A stretch of DNA of 64,000 nt, taken from Candidatus Latescibacterota bacterium. GTDB lineage: Bacteria; Latescibacterota; UBA2968; GCA-2709665. The stretch is from the NCBI GenBank assembly GCA_965226795.1, contig CBDDDZ010000004.1, positions 32,001-96,000 on the forward strand. The letters are read 5' to 3'. The notes under the pieces were generated by a model. That model searched no databases, had not been told where the DNA came from, and worked only from the letters and a program-made list of their open reading frames with translations. Position 1 is the first letter of the stretch, and every line of letters starts with the position of its first letter. The position numbers were made by a program, and so were the translations under genes. This document shows, piece by piece, positions 1-10,707 of this stretch.

Positions 1-870
1 GGCGAGATACGCACGGCCAAGCCGGACGACATCATCCTGAAGGGCGGAGAAGGCCGGAAAGGTGACCTTTGCGATGGCCTGAACCACGCGGACTTGCGGA
101 AACGCGATAAGCCGGTAAGCCAGCCCGTAGTAGCCCAGCGCCTCCATCCCCAGAAACCTGCCTATAAGAAGATAGTCCAGGTTCTGCTGGACATAGCCCA
201 CCAGCCTTGAACCAGTCCACTTACCGCCGAACCCGAGCAATACCCTTGCATCGGCAAGTCTAAAGGATCGGTTCGTATTTACGGGGCAGAAAATCCAGGG
301 GCCCAAGCCCAGGACCGCATGGCGAACCACATAGGCCCAGACGAGACTCCACACCTCGTATCCCCACACGGCCAGCAACGCCATCGTGAATCCGCTTGCA
401 GACGCCGCGCAAACATCCAGAATCGCCAACTGCCCGAAACGGAACGCACGCTCCATCTTTGCGCGTGAAACGGTCCCCAGACCCGTGAATACCAGCCCCC
501 AGGTCATTGTCGGAAGAACAATGGAAACCTGAGGGTTATCAAAAAAAAGCCCGCCCCAGAACCGGGCGGTCAGATAGAGAAGGGCGGCCAACGAACAGGT
601 AAAACACAGGCCCATCCAGAACGCTGCCGCCAGATGCGCCTCGCGCGCATCCCGCTTCTGAATAAGGGCCCGCCCCAACCCCATTTCGGCGGCCAGTATG
701 CCCAACCCAACAATCGTGGCTGCGGCAACCTCAGTTCCGAACGCCCGGGACGGTTCGCTCAGATGCCGCACGGCCAACCCCAGGGCACCCACCTGAATCA
801 GATAGCCGGCACCCTGCGCCAGGCCGGTCCACGAGAAACCACGGACGGTTGTGCGACGCAGATCGGTCAT
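1..870 (-). CDS. Lipopolysaccharide biosynthesis protein / Wzx-type (PST family) oligosaccharide flippase, truncated at window edge
   Basis: Not in the ORF track because it has no stop in the window. Manual translation from ATG 870 (after AGGAGAGG): MTDLRRTTVRGFSWT...EMGLGRALIQK...NLDYLLIGRFLGMEALGYYGLAYRL...KVTFPAFSALQDD, typical WzxC-like motifs. Confidence 0.85.
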   Translation of the reverse strand, partial: MTDLRRTTVRGFSWTGLAQGAGYLIQVGALGLAVRHLSEPSRAFGTEVAAATIVGLGILAAEMGLGRALIQKRDAREAHLAAAFWMGLCFTCSLAALLYLTARFWGGLFFDNPQVSIVLPTMTWGLVFTGLGTVSRAKMERAFRFGQLAILDVCAASASGFTMALLAVWGYEVWSLVWAYVVRHAVLGLGPWIFCPVNTNRSFRLADARVLLGFGGKWTGSRLVGYVQQNLDYLLIGRFLGMEALGYYGLAYRLIAFPQVRVVQAIAKVTFPAFSALQDDVVRLGRAYLA

Positions 871-881
871 CCGGCCTCTCC

Positions 882-1856
882 TTATGCGGTCTCCACACGG
901 GCCAACCGCACGCCGGTCCATACCGCCGTTCCGATCACACAAACCAGGATTGTAACGCAAACCGCGGGCGGCGCCACGGCCGCCACGATTCCGCACAGAG
1001 CCAGAAGCCCACCCGCAAGATGAATGCGACGAACCGTACCTCGTACGGAATACCCCATTCTGACCAGCCGTTGCGCCACGTGGTCACGACTGGCCCTCAT
1101 CACGGGCAAGCCCTTTTTCTTCCTGACGATACAGAGAAACACGGCTTCGAAACAAGGGATGCCCAGGACCAGTATCGCGCAGAGTTCACCCTGTACCCCC
1201 GACGTCGCCCTGGAAACCTCCACGGACATCGCGCCAAGTACAAATCCTGCAAACAGACTGCCGGCGTCGCCCATATAGACCCGTGCCGGATGGGCATTGT
1301 AAACCAGAAAACCCAAAAAGCCTCCGGCCAGGCTGGCACCCAGAATCACAACCGGCGCCGCACCGCCTACCAACCCCAGGCCTGCCAGGCCGATCGAAGC
1401 GATGGCACCCGCGCCCGCGGACAAGCCATCCATCATGTCGAGCACGTTGAACGCGTTGCACATCCAAACCAGCCACACTCCCGTAAGCACGGCGTCGAAC
1501 ACGGTACTGCCCGTTGTGTCGAACCGAAGCCCGCTCCCGACAGTAATGGCGACGGTAAAGATTTGAAACGCAAGCTTTTGAAAAGGCGATAGCGGCCACT
1601 TGTCGTCGACGAAGCCAATGGCGCCCATTCCAAGCGCGCCGATCCACAGGCCAACGGGAAACGACAAGGGCGCAAAGGGAAGCAGCAGCAGCGTGGCAAT
1701 CGCTATGGCCACGCCGCCTATGGGGGGAACCGACTGCGCTCCGTTCTCGCCGCCCGATTTCAACCACGAGGCGCGCATCGCGGCGGCCCGAAGAAGAGGC
1801 GTTAACAAAAGAGCGCTTCCGAAACCGAATGCGAGAAAAAGGGCAGAGGACAACAC
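882..1856 (-). CDS. MraY/WecA/TagO-family undecaprenyl-phosphate sugar-1-phosphate transferase
   Basis: Hydrophobic protein with PPIGGVAI, GFVDDK, NAFNVLDMMDGL, YMGDAGS and SRDHVAQRL motifs of Glycos_transf_4. Confidence 0.9.
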   Translation of the reverse strand: MLSSALFLAFGFGSALLLTPLLRAAAMRASWLKSGGENGAQSVPPIGGVAIAIATLLLLPFAPLSFPVGLWIGALGMGAIGFVDDKWPLSPFQKLAFQIFTVAITVGSGLRFDTTGSTVFDAVLTGVWLVWMCNAFNVLDMMDGLSAGAGAIASIGLAGLGLVGGAAPVVILGASLAGGFLGFLVYNAHPARVYMGDAGSLFAGFVLGAMSVEVSRATSGVQGELCAILVLGIPCFEAVFLCIVRKKKGLPVMRASRDHVAQRLVRMGYSVRGTVRRIHLAGGLLALCGIVAAVAPPAVCVTILVCVIGTAVWTGVRLARVETA

Positions 1857-2009
1857 GGTGGACTTTCTGCTTGCGAGCGGTAATCAGGGCTGGTGTCCCG
1901 TTCCGGAAATACGTCCTCATTCTTCCCCCGGTTCATCCCTTCTCGCTGTGTTGCCTTGCGAAACGGGTGACTCGGCGGCCGAATCCCGGCTATCTGTTTC
2001 CGGGACAGA

Positions 2010-3146
2010 TCACGGGTGGTGAATTTTCCGGCAGTTGGGTTGAAAGCTCCGAACAGCATCGATAACCTGGGCCACGTCTCCGTCGGTCATACCCGGATAG
2101 AGCGGCAGTGTCACCATCTCCCGCCACACCGACTCGGTTACCGGCAACGAGCAACGATACGGCTTGTGGATCGGATAAAGATGATTCGGATAATAATGCA
2201 CGCTGGAATCGACATCCCGCCCGTGCAGATGGGCAACCAGATTGTCCCTGTCCTCCACGCGCGGGACATAGGCATGGAAGGCGCTACGCACATACGGCGC
2301 AATCGTGGGCGTCCGAAGCCATGTCAGATCGGCAAACGCCTTATTGTACTGAAGGACGATTTCCTGCCGCTGGGCATTGGCCGACTCCAGCCTCGCCAGC
2401 TGAACCAACCCGATGGCCGCGTTCAAATCGTTCATATAGAACTTGTGCCCCACCTCGGTCACTTCGTACATCCAGCGCTTCTGCTGCGGCCCCGCCGTAA
2501 ACCGGTCCCACGTACCCTGCGGGATGCCCATCCAGCTGAGCCGCTTGAGGCGCTCCGCCAGTTGCGCATCGTTGGTGGTCAGCATACCGCCATCGCAGGT
2601 TGTCAGGTTCTTCTGCGCCTGGAAACTGAAACATCCGATCGTTCCCATACCTCCTGCCATCCGACCTTTGTACCGGGCACCGCAGGCATGGGCGGCATCC
2701 TCCACAACCGGGATTTTCCGGGACGCGGCGATTTCCAGTACCGGGTCCATGTCGCAGGGGTGGCCGCTGTGATGCACAACCATAATTGCAGCCGTTCTGT
2801 CCGAAATCCGCTCGGCCACACAATCCGGATCCAGGTTCAGTGTGACGGGATCGATGTCGCAAAAAACGGGAATGGCTCCGTTCTGCAGGATCGCATGGTT
2901 GGTGGCGACAAAGGTCATGGAAGTGGTGATGACCTCGCGGCCCTCCACTCCCAACACCTTAAGCGCCAGCAGCAGCGCAGACGAACAGGAATTCACGCTG
3001 ACTGCAAATGATGTCCCGATATACTCGGCGAACCGTTTTTCAAAGGCCGCGGCTTTCGTGCCTGCCCCCACCCATCCGGATAGCAACACTTCCCGGACAG
3101 CCTCCACCTCCTCTTCGTCGAAACAAGCCCGCCAAATCGGAATCAT
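2010..3146 (-). CDS. DegT/DnrJ/EryC1/StrS PLP-dependent sugar aminotransferase
   Basis: VNSCSSAL, VVEDAAHA, FSFQAQKNLTTCDGG (PLP Lys). Start at MIPIW overlaps the GT2 stop (ATGA). Confidence 0.92.
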   Translation of the reverse strand: MIPIWRACFDEEEVEAVREVLLSGWVGAGTKAAAFEKRFAEYIGTSFAVSVNSCSSALLLALKVLGVEGREVITTSMTFVATNHAILQNGAIPVFCDIDPVTLNLDPDCVAERISDRTAAIMVVHHSGHPCDMDPVLEIAASRKIPVVEDAAHACGARYKGRMAGGMGTIGCFSFQAQKNLTTCDGGMLTTNDAQLAERLKRLSWMGIPQGTWDRFTAGPQQKRWMYEVTEVGHKFYMNDLNAAIGLVQLARLESANAQRQEIVLQYNKAFADLTWLRTPTIAPYVRSAFHAYVPRVEDRDNLVAHLHGRDVDSSVHYYPNHLYPIHKPYRCSLPVTESVWREMVTLPLYPGMTDGDVAQVIDAVRSFQPNCRKIHHP

Positions 3147-4105
3147 GAAATCTCCTTCGGACCCGAACACCCGTGCGAAGAGCCAAAGCGGGTCCGACCT
3201 TCAATGCCCCGTGTCAGGACCCGTCGATACGCCCTCATCCTCACCCTGGCCTCCCGCCGGAATCCGGGCAATAAAAACAGACCTCCCCAGAGCAGCATTC
3301 TCAAAACCATCTCCGGAAACGTCAGTATCGCCAGCAGGCGGCGCGCATGATCTCCCAGGTGTTTTTCCATCACATAAAGATTACTCTCTATTCCCTCCAC
3401 CAGCATCCGTTCCAGCGCCTGCTTCGAACTCTCACCACCCGCATGGAATGCGCAAGCCTCGGGCAGATAGGCCACGGTCCACCCGGCCCCACCAAGCCTG
3501 AGGCAGAGATCGACGTCTTCATAATACATAAATATAGCGTCATCCATGCCGCCAGCCGCATCGAAAGCGCTGCGACGCACAAGGAAACAAGCACCCGTCA
3601 CCCAGCCGACGGACGTTGGCCCACCGGAGATCCGGCAGCCGAATTTAAGAAATGGAAAAACAAGATGCAACAGGAATTTACGGCAAATTTCGCCCGCCAG
3701 ACGTGGCGCTTTACCGCAGGATAGTTGCGTTCGCCCTTGCCGGTCCACAAGCCTTGGTCCCGCCAGGCCGACACGATTATTGGCTTCAATGTAATCCAAC
3801 ATGCGTTCGACCGAATCCGGCCCCACGGTCACATCCGGATTCATGGCCAGAATATACGGACCGGTGGAGACTTCCACACCCCGGTTCACGCCTCGGCCGA
3901 ACCCGAAGTTCCCTCCCATCTCAACCAGCCGCACCCGGTCGCCGAAAGTATCCAGCGCGTTCGGACTGCCATCCGACGACGCGTTGTCCACCACCACCAC
4001 GTCCAGCGGCAGCCGCTCCTGTACTTCGAGAAGGGACGCGACGCACCGGAAGAGGTCCTCACCCGCGTTCCAGTTCACCACCACCGCCGTCACCGCCGGT
4101 TTCAT
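3143..4105 (-). CDS. GT2 family glycosyltransferase
   Basis: VVVNWN, VVVDNASSDGS, NFGFGRGVNRG, MNPD, WVTGACFLVRR, FMYYEDVDLC. Confidence 0.92.
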   Translation of the reverse strand: MKPAVTAVVVNWNAGEDLFRCVASLLEVQERLPLDVVVVDNASSDGSPNALDTFGDRVRLVEMGGNFGFGRGVNRGVEVSTGPYILAMNPDVTVGPDSVERMLDYIEANNRVGLAGPRLVDRQGRTQLSCGKAPRLAGEICRKFLLHLVFPFLKFGCRISGGPTSVGWVTGACFLVRRSAFDAAGGMDDAIFMYYEDVDLCLRLGGAGWTVAYLPEACAFHAGGESSKQALERMLVEGIESNLYVMEKHLGDHARRLLAILTFPEMVLRMLLWGGLFLLPGFRREARVRMRAYRRVLTRGIEGRTRFGSSHGCSGPKEIS

Positions 4106-5503
4106 CTCCCTCTCCATCCATACGGGCCAGAATGCCGAGAAAGCATGCATGCCAGAAAATCAGCCGGTTGCCCATCATCGTATTGTCGGTCATAATATAC
4201 ACCAGCAGTGCCGCATACACCGCAAGAAACGCAACGCAAAACCCCTTTATGTGCGGATCGTCGGTGCGACGAAACATGCCGTAGGCGATCCGCAGCCCCT
4301 TTACAAATATCCACAAGAAGGCGATCACGCCCAGAATTCCCATACGCATCATGATCGTCAAATAGGTATTGTCCACGCCCCCGGACGTAAATACGTAAGG
4401 CTGGGAATACTCGTCGACCCTCAGATAGGAAATCGTGGCGCCGTGTCCTCCGCCCAACACGGGCCGCTGCCAGATCTTCTCCAGGGCCAGCGCATAGGCC
4501 AGCAGACGCCCTGAATTTCCAGGTCTCCCTCCGTTACGGTGCGCCGCAGGCGACGGGCAGCCGTGTCCTCAACGCCCGCGCCCGTGAACTCCTGGAAATA
4601 ATAGCCCAGGCCAACCAGCAATAGGGGAATCAGCATCAATATCAGGAGCCGCCGTCCACGATGCCTCCCCCGTTCCAGCAAAACCAGACCGCCCACGCAG
4701 AAAAGCCCGAACAACAGGCTGCCCCACATCGCGCGACCCATCGTAACCACCAGCGCAAGACCGATGGGAACCAGAAGAAGACCACCCAACATGCGCCGAA
4801 TGGGCGACGTGTCGTACAAAAAAGCCGCCGCGAGAACCAGAACACCCATTGGCAGCAGGAGCCCCTCCCGCCGGGCCACACGGTAAAATGCCCCTGCAAA
4901 TGAAAGATCGACAGCATGGACGAATTCAATCAGGTATTCCACGCCAACAACGGCCGCCGAGATCACCAGTACCGCCAGAAACGCCCCGCGCCTGCGCAGG
5001 TCGAAAAATCCCGTTGCGACGAAGAACAGCACGTAGTAAAGCGGATATCGTACATCCCGCAGCATCTGCCGGACGTCCTGCCCGTAAAACAGACCCAGCG
5101 CCATCGATGCCACGACCAGCCCCAGAAAAACCAAAACCGGACGGTCCAGCCGGGTGCGGCGCCAGCTCAGCCTCCGTTCCTGCAACCAGGTGACAAATGC
5201 CACACCCCATACCACCAGGAACAGCGCCTCGCAGAAATGCAGGTTCTGGGGTAACATGAGATGCTCTTCGTAAAACTCGGAGGAGATTACGGAGGCGATA
5301 AAACAGAGGTACAAGAGCGCAGATGTGACCGACGACATCAGCGCGATCCCGGAAACAACAACCAGGCTCACCGTGATAACCGGTATGACCTCGCCGAAAT
5401 TCCAGGAAGGCAGCGCGATCAGCGCGAGTTGCGCGAGGCATACGGCCGGTATCAACCACCGTCCGTCCATTCGGGCCGTCGAAATGCCCGTTTCCGTTGC
5501 CAT
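4059..5503 (-). pseudogene. O-antigen ligase/polymerase (Wzy_C) family membrane protein with a 1-nt frameshift at about 4510
   Basis: ORFs 4421..5503 and 4059..4460 join if one G is added in the GGG run (plus 4509-4511), giving EIQGRLLAYALALEKIWQRPVLGGGHG...VDNTYL, a Wzy_C-like motif. The frameshift may be a sequencing error. Confidence 0.8.
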
Positions 5504-5519
5504 CGGTCCTCTGTCCCGT

Positions 5520-7199
5520 TCAGAAGAAATTGAAGTCCAGCGTCATGCGCCAGTCGTGGGTACTCCCGTCCCCACGCTTTCCGCCCCGCTTGCTCGAACG
5601 CGTCAGCCGGTAGGTTGCGGAAAGAACCAGATCACCGACCGGTTCGAAGACGAGGTCCGCCCCAATGCCGGTCCGTTTCTCCACCGAACCGCTCATGAAT
5701 TCCCGTACGGCAGGGTCCGTGGGACGCCGTCCCTGTCGCGCGTCTCCGCCCACATTCGTCACCGTACCGTCGGAATTCTCGACATTCTTACCATGACGCG
5801 TCCTGTCGAGGCTCAGCGAAGCCGATACGGATGGCGACAGCCGGTGCGTCAACCGGGTCCAGATCCGATCTGAATTCGGCCCCGTCGGATAGCCGAGAAG
5901 CGCGTCGAAATGTGTGAAGGCGTTGATGTTGAACCTGTGAGAATACACGAACGGCTCGATATGCACGAACTCGACACGAATATCCGTATCCCGAAGTCCG
6001 AACGGATCCACCCAGAACACGCCCGCCTGGGCCGCGAACTTGTTGGAAAAGTCGCCCGGGCTGAACTTTCTCAAATCATCCAAAAATATCGCAACGTAGG
6101 TCTGTATGCCTCGAACAGGCCGAAGAGAAAGATCCAGCCCCACGGCCAGATTGTCCTTATCCCCCACCGACATCTGAGCGGCGGTAAGTACCGAAGCGGG
6201 AGACGCGTACAAAAACTCGAAATCTCGATCTCCGTATATCACGGCCTCCTGGAATCCCAGCCGGGCGCGTGGAGAGAGATCGACCTCCACGCGGTGGGCG
6301 GCAATCGCCTTCGCCCGCAGAAACGTACGGCGGTGACCGTTGTCAACCAGCGTGCGGGAAAGGTCGATCAGACCCGCATCGGCTTCGAGAAACCCCAGAA
6401 TGTGGCTGAAACGCACCCGCCGGTACGCCGTCCGGAGCCGCGCCATCCCGAAAGACGGCGCAAAAGGTGACAACATCAGATTACCGCTTCTTCCCGGCCC
6501 CCAATCCAGACTTCCCTTTGCGGCATCCACGTCGAACCAGCGCGTCGCCCACACCAGTTGATAGGTGGCTTCCCGAAAGTCCGCCGCTTTGTCCTTGAAT
6601 TGCACCAGTTCGATCGGCCGGGCCAGAACATCCTCCCGGGTCAGACGTTGCCGCGTGCTCCATTCCCGGGCTTCGAAGTGCCGCGCGCGAAAACCGAAAC
6701 GGTCTCCGAGTACGCCACGGACAACCGCGCCTATATGCGTCTGCGAGACCGACTCTTTCTCCTGGAACTTACCCCGAATCAGAATCAGCCGCTGACGGAA
6801 AACCGCTTCGAGTACAACAGATGCAGCCGTATCCTGCCAGGAAAAAAGCGCGCCCGCCAACCGCTCGAGGGCGCCGCTTCCGACCGGGACCGGCGCGTGG
6901 CCCAACCGCGCGACCTCAGTGCGGAACTCAGCTATATGCCTCTGGAGGATGCCCTGCTCGATGCCGGACATGGCGGCCTGCGCTTCTTTGTGGCGCAGAA
7001 CCTGGAGCAGAAGCCGTGCGACCTTCAGGCGGGTGTACGGTCTGATCTGCGGCGCGGCGGAGTCCAGCCAGCCGCGGGCGTCGTACCGGTCGAGTGTCCG
7101 ATAAACCCCGTGTGCAAGTGGCACTTCGGGGGTATTGTCACCCGCGTGGGCAGTCCGGGAAAGGGATAGAACAACCAGCAACAGGAATACGGATCTCAC
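5520..7199 (-). CDS. Capsule assembly Wzi-family outer-membrane protein
   Basis: Signal peptide, RPYTR, WGPGRSGNLMLS, AAHRVEV, KDNLAVGLD, LGYPTGPNSD and C-terminal Phe. Confidence 0.75.
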   Translation of the reverse strand: MRSVFLLLVVLSLSRTAHAGDNTPEVPLAHGVYRTLDRYDARGWLDSAAPQIRPYTRLKVARLLLQVLRHKEAQAAMSGIEQGILQRHIAEFRTEVARLGHAPVPVGSGALERLAGALFSWQDTAASVVLEAVFRQRLILIRGKFQEKESVSQTHIGAVVRGVLGDRFGFRARHFEAREWSTRQRLTREDVLARPIELVQFKDKAADFREATYQLVWATRWFDVDAAKGSLDWGPGRSGNLMLSPFAPSFGMARLRTAYRRVRFSHILGFLEADAGLIDLSRTLVDNGHRRTFLRAKAIAAHRVEVDLSPRARLGFQEAVIYGDRDFEFLYASPASVLTAAQMSVGDKDNLAVGLDLSLRPVRGIQTYVAIFLDDLRKFSPGDFSNKFAAQAGVFWVDPFGLRDTDIRVEFVHIEPFVYSHRFNINAFTHFDALLGYPTGPNSDRIWTRLTHRLSPSVSASLSLDRTRHGKNVENSDGTVTNVGGDARQGRRPTDPAVREFMSGSVEKRTGIGADLVFEPVGDLVLSATYRLTRSSKRGGKRGDGSTHDWRMTLDFNFF

Positions 7200-7358
7200 A
7201 ACGTCGTATCCGGCGAAAACAGATCTCTATCTCAATTCGATCTTCGGAAGGCGTCAATCCGGTCGCGACCATAACCGGCAGACACAACGATCTCCGCGCA
7301 CGCCCGGAAGAAGAAGCGCCAGCATCCTGTTTCTCCGGGCCGAACGAGAGACCGCCCA

Positions 7359-7386
7359 ATTATACCATAACCCCGCGAATTGTCAA
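7359..7386 (-). promoter_or_regulatory. Sigma70 promoter of the polysaccharide cluster
   Basis: Minus strand TTGACA-16nt-TATAAT with TG extended -10. Confidence 0.7.
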
Positions 7387-7434
7387 GCGCACGGCCTTCC
7401 GCGTGCAGGCGGATGCGCGAGTTCCCGAAATCCC

Positions 7435-7463
7435 TTGACTTTGCGGATTCAACCTGCTATTTT
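7435..7463 (+). promoter_or_regulatory. Sigma70 promoter upstream of pduL (BMC locus)
   Basis: TTGACT-17nt-TATTTT with TG extended -10, divergent from the wzi-like promoter. Confidence 0.55.
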
Positions 7464-7535
7464 TCGCATCCTGAACCGGATCCACAACTATTACCCGTCC
7501 CAATATACGCGACATGTAGCGGACGCCGCGACCCG

Positions 7536-8252
7536 ATGTTACAGACATCCAAACCTGCTTCCGAATGCGCGGACTGCAAGCTGTGCGAACGAGGGCAGCA
7601 GGACGCACCTGGCAACGGGGCGCCGGATATCGCCCAACTCGTCCGGGAAGTGCTTGGGAGGATTCGGAACGGAAACGACGGCCTCCTTGAAATTCCGGTC
7701 GGCGTATCCGCAAGACACTGTCATCTGAACCGGGAAGCCATGGATATCCTGTTCGGCGCCGGTTCGGAACTCACGCCTTACAGAGACCTCTATCAGCCCG
7801 CCGCGTACGCGGCGGAAGAATGCGTCTCTGTGATCGGACCTCGCTTGCGCGCCATCGAGCGTGTCCGAATACTGGGACCCGCCCGGGACTACAATCAGGT
7901 TGAATTGGCCCGTACGGACGCCATCTTTCTCGGTCTCGATCCCCCTGTGCGGGACTCCGGCGACCTGCAAGGCGCCCAGCGGGTCACTTTTGTGGGCCCT
8001 AAAGGATCCCTTACCGTTCCCGCCGCCATCCGCGCCGCCAGGCACCTCCACCTTCGGCCCGTCGACGTTGCCGAAATGGGGCTTTCCGGGCGCCGCGCCG
8101 TACGCGCCCGCGTGAGCGGCGAAAAGGGACTCACCTTTGAAAATGTCAGGCTTAAAATCGACCCCGGTTATCTGCCCGAACTCCACCTGGACACCGACGA
8201 CGCCAACGCCGCCGACATTGTCTGCGGAAGCAAGGCTTATATCGAATCCTGA
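7536..8252 (+). CDS. pduL: Phosphate propanoyltransferase PduL (BMC phosphotransacylase) with N-terminal encapsulation peptide
   Basis: IPVGVSARHCHL, LYQPAAYAAEE, VRILGPAR, QVELARTDA, RHLHL, ELHLDTDDANAA. Confidence 0.95.
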   Translation: MLQTSKPASECADCKLCERGQQDAPGNGAPDIAQLVREVLGRIRNGNDGLLEIPVGVSARHCHLNREAMDILFGAGSELTPYRDLYQPAAYAAEECVSVIGPRLRAIERVRILGPARDYNQVELARTDAIFLGLDPPVRDSGDLQGAQRVTFVGPKGSLTVPAAIRAARHLHLRPVDVAEMGLSGRRAVRARVSGEKGLTFENVRLKIDPGYLPELHLDTDDANAADIVCGSKAYIES

Positions 8253-8419
8253 GCCGCTCGCCCGGTGGCCACGTAAGGCGCCACATCGGCGGAAGAATGG
8301 TGACAGATTTCCGGGACAGGACACTTAGGTCCGATGCGATGCAATTATGTTACTATGTATGTCATGTATCGGCGCGATCCAACCGGCAGGGTAAATAGTA
8401 TATGCCGGGGCGGACTTGA

Positions 8420-9904
8420 ATGACTCGCCGTGACGCACTGGCGACTCAATGGATTCCTCAGGCCATTAAAGCCGTACTGATTCGTTCCATCCGTTCGACC
8501 AACGCCCGGATCTTCATCCTGGTCGTACTCCTGACGCCCCCGGCGGTTGCCTGTTTCCACCGGGTGCAGATGGACGATCCGTATATCACGTACCGATATG
8601 CGCGAAATTTAGCGGAAGGAACGGGGTTCATCTACAACCCCGGCGAACGGGTAATGGGAACGACGGCGCCGCTTTATGCCGTACTCCTGTCTCTGCCGGG
8701 TCGGATTGCGGGAGACTATCCACTCATCAGTACCCTTTTCAGCGGCGCCGCGCTGGGGGCGCTGGGATTGTTGATCGGACGGATCCTCGTACACTTTAAC
8801 GAAAATACGGCCGGTTTCGTTGCCGCGGTTCTCGTGGTCCTTAATCCTTACCTGGGCGATGTTCTCGGCTTTGAACTGAATCTGTTCCAGGCACTTATCT
8901 TCGGCGCCTACGCCGCCTACTTTTCGAACCGCCCGAACCTGGCGGCACTGCTGCTTGGGCTGGGCACGCTCACCCGCGGGGACGGGCTTGTACCCGCCGG
9001 ACTGATTCTGGGCCACCACCTGTGGATTCACCGGCGACACGCCTGGCGCCCGTTTCTGGTCTTTGCCATCGTTGCCGGGGGATGGTCGATCTATGCGGCG
9101 TGGAGCTACGGATCGCCTTTTCCAAATACGCTAGAGGCAAAGCGGGCCATGGGCGCGAGCGGACTCTGGCGATCGCTATGGCACGGCGTCCTTTTTACGG
9201 GCAGGCGATACCTGGAATTGTCACCTCTTTTCCTCTGGTTTGCCCTGCCGGCGCTCGTGGGCGCCAGAAGGATATTCCGTCTGGACCGACGCATTCTGCT
9301 TATCGCCGGCTGGCCGGTATTCATCTTTCTCGGGTACTGGGCGATGGGCGTGCCAGCCGCATACAACTATTATGCCGGGCTCGTCCCGCTCCTGATGATC
9401 CTGACCGCCCTGGGTACGGTCTCGTTGACCGGGTGGGTCGTGGGCCGGTGGCCGGCCTGGCGCGGCCATGAAGTCCGGATAACCGCGATGTTGTGTATCC
9501 CGCTGCTTGTTGCCTTACTCACCCCGACCGTCAGACAGCTGGGGCGGGAACCCCAACCGAGGTACCCGATCTACAAAACGGCGGGAGAGTGGCTTGCCGC
9601 AAATACACCGGCAACGGCTTCTGTCGGAATGGTCGAAATCGGCATCGTGGGTTTTTACAGTAAGAGATATATTGTGGACGTCTGTGGTCTGGTCACCCCC
9701 TCTGTCGGTCCCCACCTGGCAGCGGGTGACGTTGCCTGGCCCGTCCGAACGTACCGGCCTGATTATATGCTGTTACACGATCCCTTATGGACCTCGCTGG
9801 AAGAACCTATCGCGTCGGCGCCCTGGTTCAGGGAATCTTACGAACGCATCAGGACCTTCAACGGACCCCGGCCCTACCGGCTGGCTGTCTACGGGAAGAA
9901 ATGA
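8420..9904 (+). CDS. Polytopic GT-C-type membrane glycosyltransferase (PMT_2/AftB-like)
   Basis: DDPYITYRYARNLAEG-GFIYNPGERVMGTTAPL, LTRGDG, FPNTLEAK, EIGIVGFYS...DVCGLVTP and many TM helices. Confidence 0.75.
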   Translation: MTRRDALATQWIPQAIKAVLIRSIRSTNARIFILVVLLTPPAVACFHRVQMDDPYITYRYARNLAEGTGFIYNPGERVMGTTAPLYAVLLSLPGRIAGDYPLISTLFSGAALGALGLLIGRILVHFNENTAGFVAAVLVVLNPYLGDVLGFELNLFQALIFGAYAAYFSNRPNLAALLLGLGTLTRGDGLVPAGLILGHHLWIHRRHAWRPFLVFAIVAGGWSIYAAWSYGSPFPNTLEAKRAMGASGLWRSLWHGVLFTGRRYLELSPLFLWFALPALVGARRIFRLDRRILLIAGWPVFIFLGYWAMGVPAAYNYYAGLVPLLMILTALGTVSLTGWVVGRWPAWRGHEVRITAMLCIPLLVALLTPTVRQLGREPQPRYPIYKTAGEWLAANTPATASVGMVEIGIVGFYSKRYIVDVCGLVTPSVGPHLAAGDVAWPVRTYRPDYMLLHDPLWTSLEEPIASAPWFRESYERIRTFNGPRPYRLAVYGKK

Positions 9905-9986
9905 AATCGGCTCTCGTTGAAAAAACAGGTGTGCGCCATACCCGCCGCGCTTTGGTTGAAAACACTAAACAGGAGGAATCGTCGAA

Positions 9987-10268
9987 ATGGGTGAAGCCCT
10001 AGGCATGATCGAAACCAGAGGTCTGGTGGCGATGATTGAGGCGACCGATGCCATGGTGAAAGCCGCCAATGTAAAACTGGTCAACTGGGAGAAAATCGGG
10101 GCGGGCTACGTGACCGCCATCGTCCGGGGCGACGTTGCCGCCGTCAAAGCCGCCACCGAGGCGGGCGCCGCTGCCGCCGGCAAGATTGGCGAACTCATTT
10201 CCGTCCATGTCATTCCGCGCCCACACAGCAGCCTTGAAGACGTGCTGCCCATTGGCAAATCGTCCTGA
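9987..10268 (+). CDS. BMC-H hexameric shell protein (EutM/PduA-like)
   Basis: [11 protein letters not shown]...DAMVKAANV...GDVAAVKAA...HVIPRPH, with strong SD AGGAGG. Confidence 0.97.
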   Translation: MGEALGMIETRGLVAMIEATDAMVKAANVKLVNWEKIGAGYVTAIVRGDVAAVKAATEAGAAAAGKIGELISVHVIPRPHSSLEDVLPIGKSS

Positions 10269-10285
10269 AACCCTGAGCGCCTACG

Positions 10286-10582
10286 ATGATTTTGGGTAAA
10301 GTGGTGGGGACGGTTGTCGCCACCCAGAAAGACAAGGGCCTTGTGGGGTTCAAGCTCCAGGTCGTGCAGACACTGGACCTTCAGACCCTGGAGCCCGGAA
10401 GTCGTTTCCTGGTTGCCGTCGACGCGGTCGGCGCGGGAACCAACGAAGTCGTCCTGTGCACAAGCGGCAGTTCCGCGCGGATGACCGGCTCAACAGAAGA
10501 CCGTCCCGTCGACGCGGTGGTCGTTGCCATCGTCGATTCGGTCGAAATGGAAGGTGGAACGACCTACCGCAAACATCCCTGA
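10286..10582 (+). CDS. BMC-P pentameric vertex protein (EutN/CcmL)
   Basis: MILGKVVGTVVATQK...VAVDAVGAG...GSSAR...PVDAVVVAIVD. Confidence 0.96.
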   Translation: MILGKVVGTVVATQKDKGLVGFKLQVVQTLDLQTLEPGSRFLVAVDAVGAGTNEVVLCTSGSSARMTGSTEDRPVDAVVVAIVDSVEMEGGTTYRKHP

Positions 10583-10707
10583 AATATTATACTGTTCATG
10601 GCAGCAGCGTCCCGGGCCTGACGGTTCGGCTACCTTCGCGGTGTATACAACCCCGAATTACCCGGTACTGATGTCGTATCCAAGCCGGTTTTCTTCTTCT
10701 CGTAACC

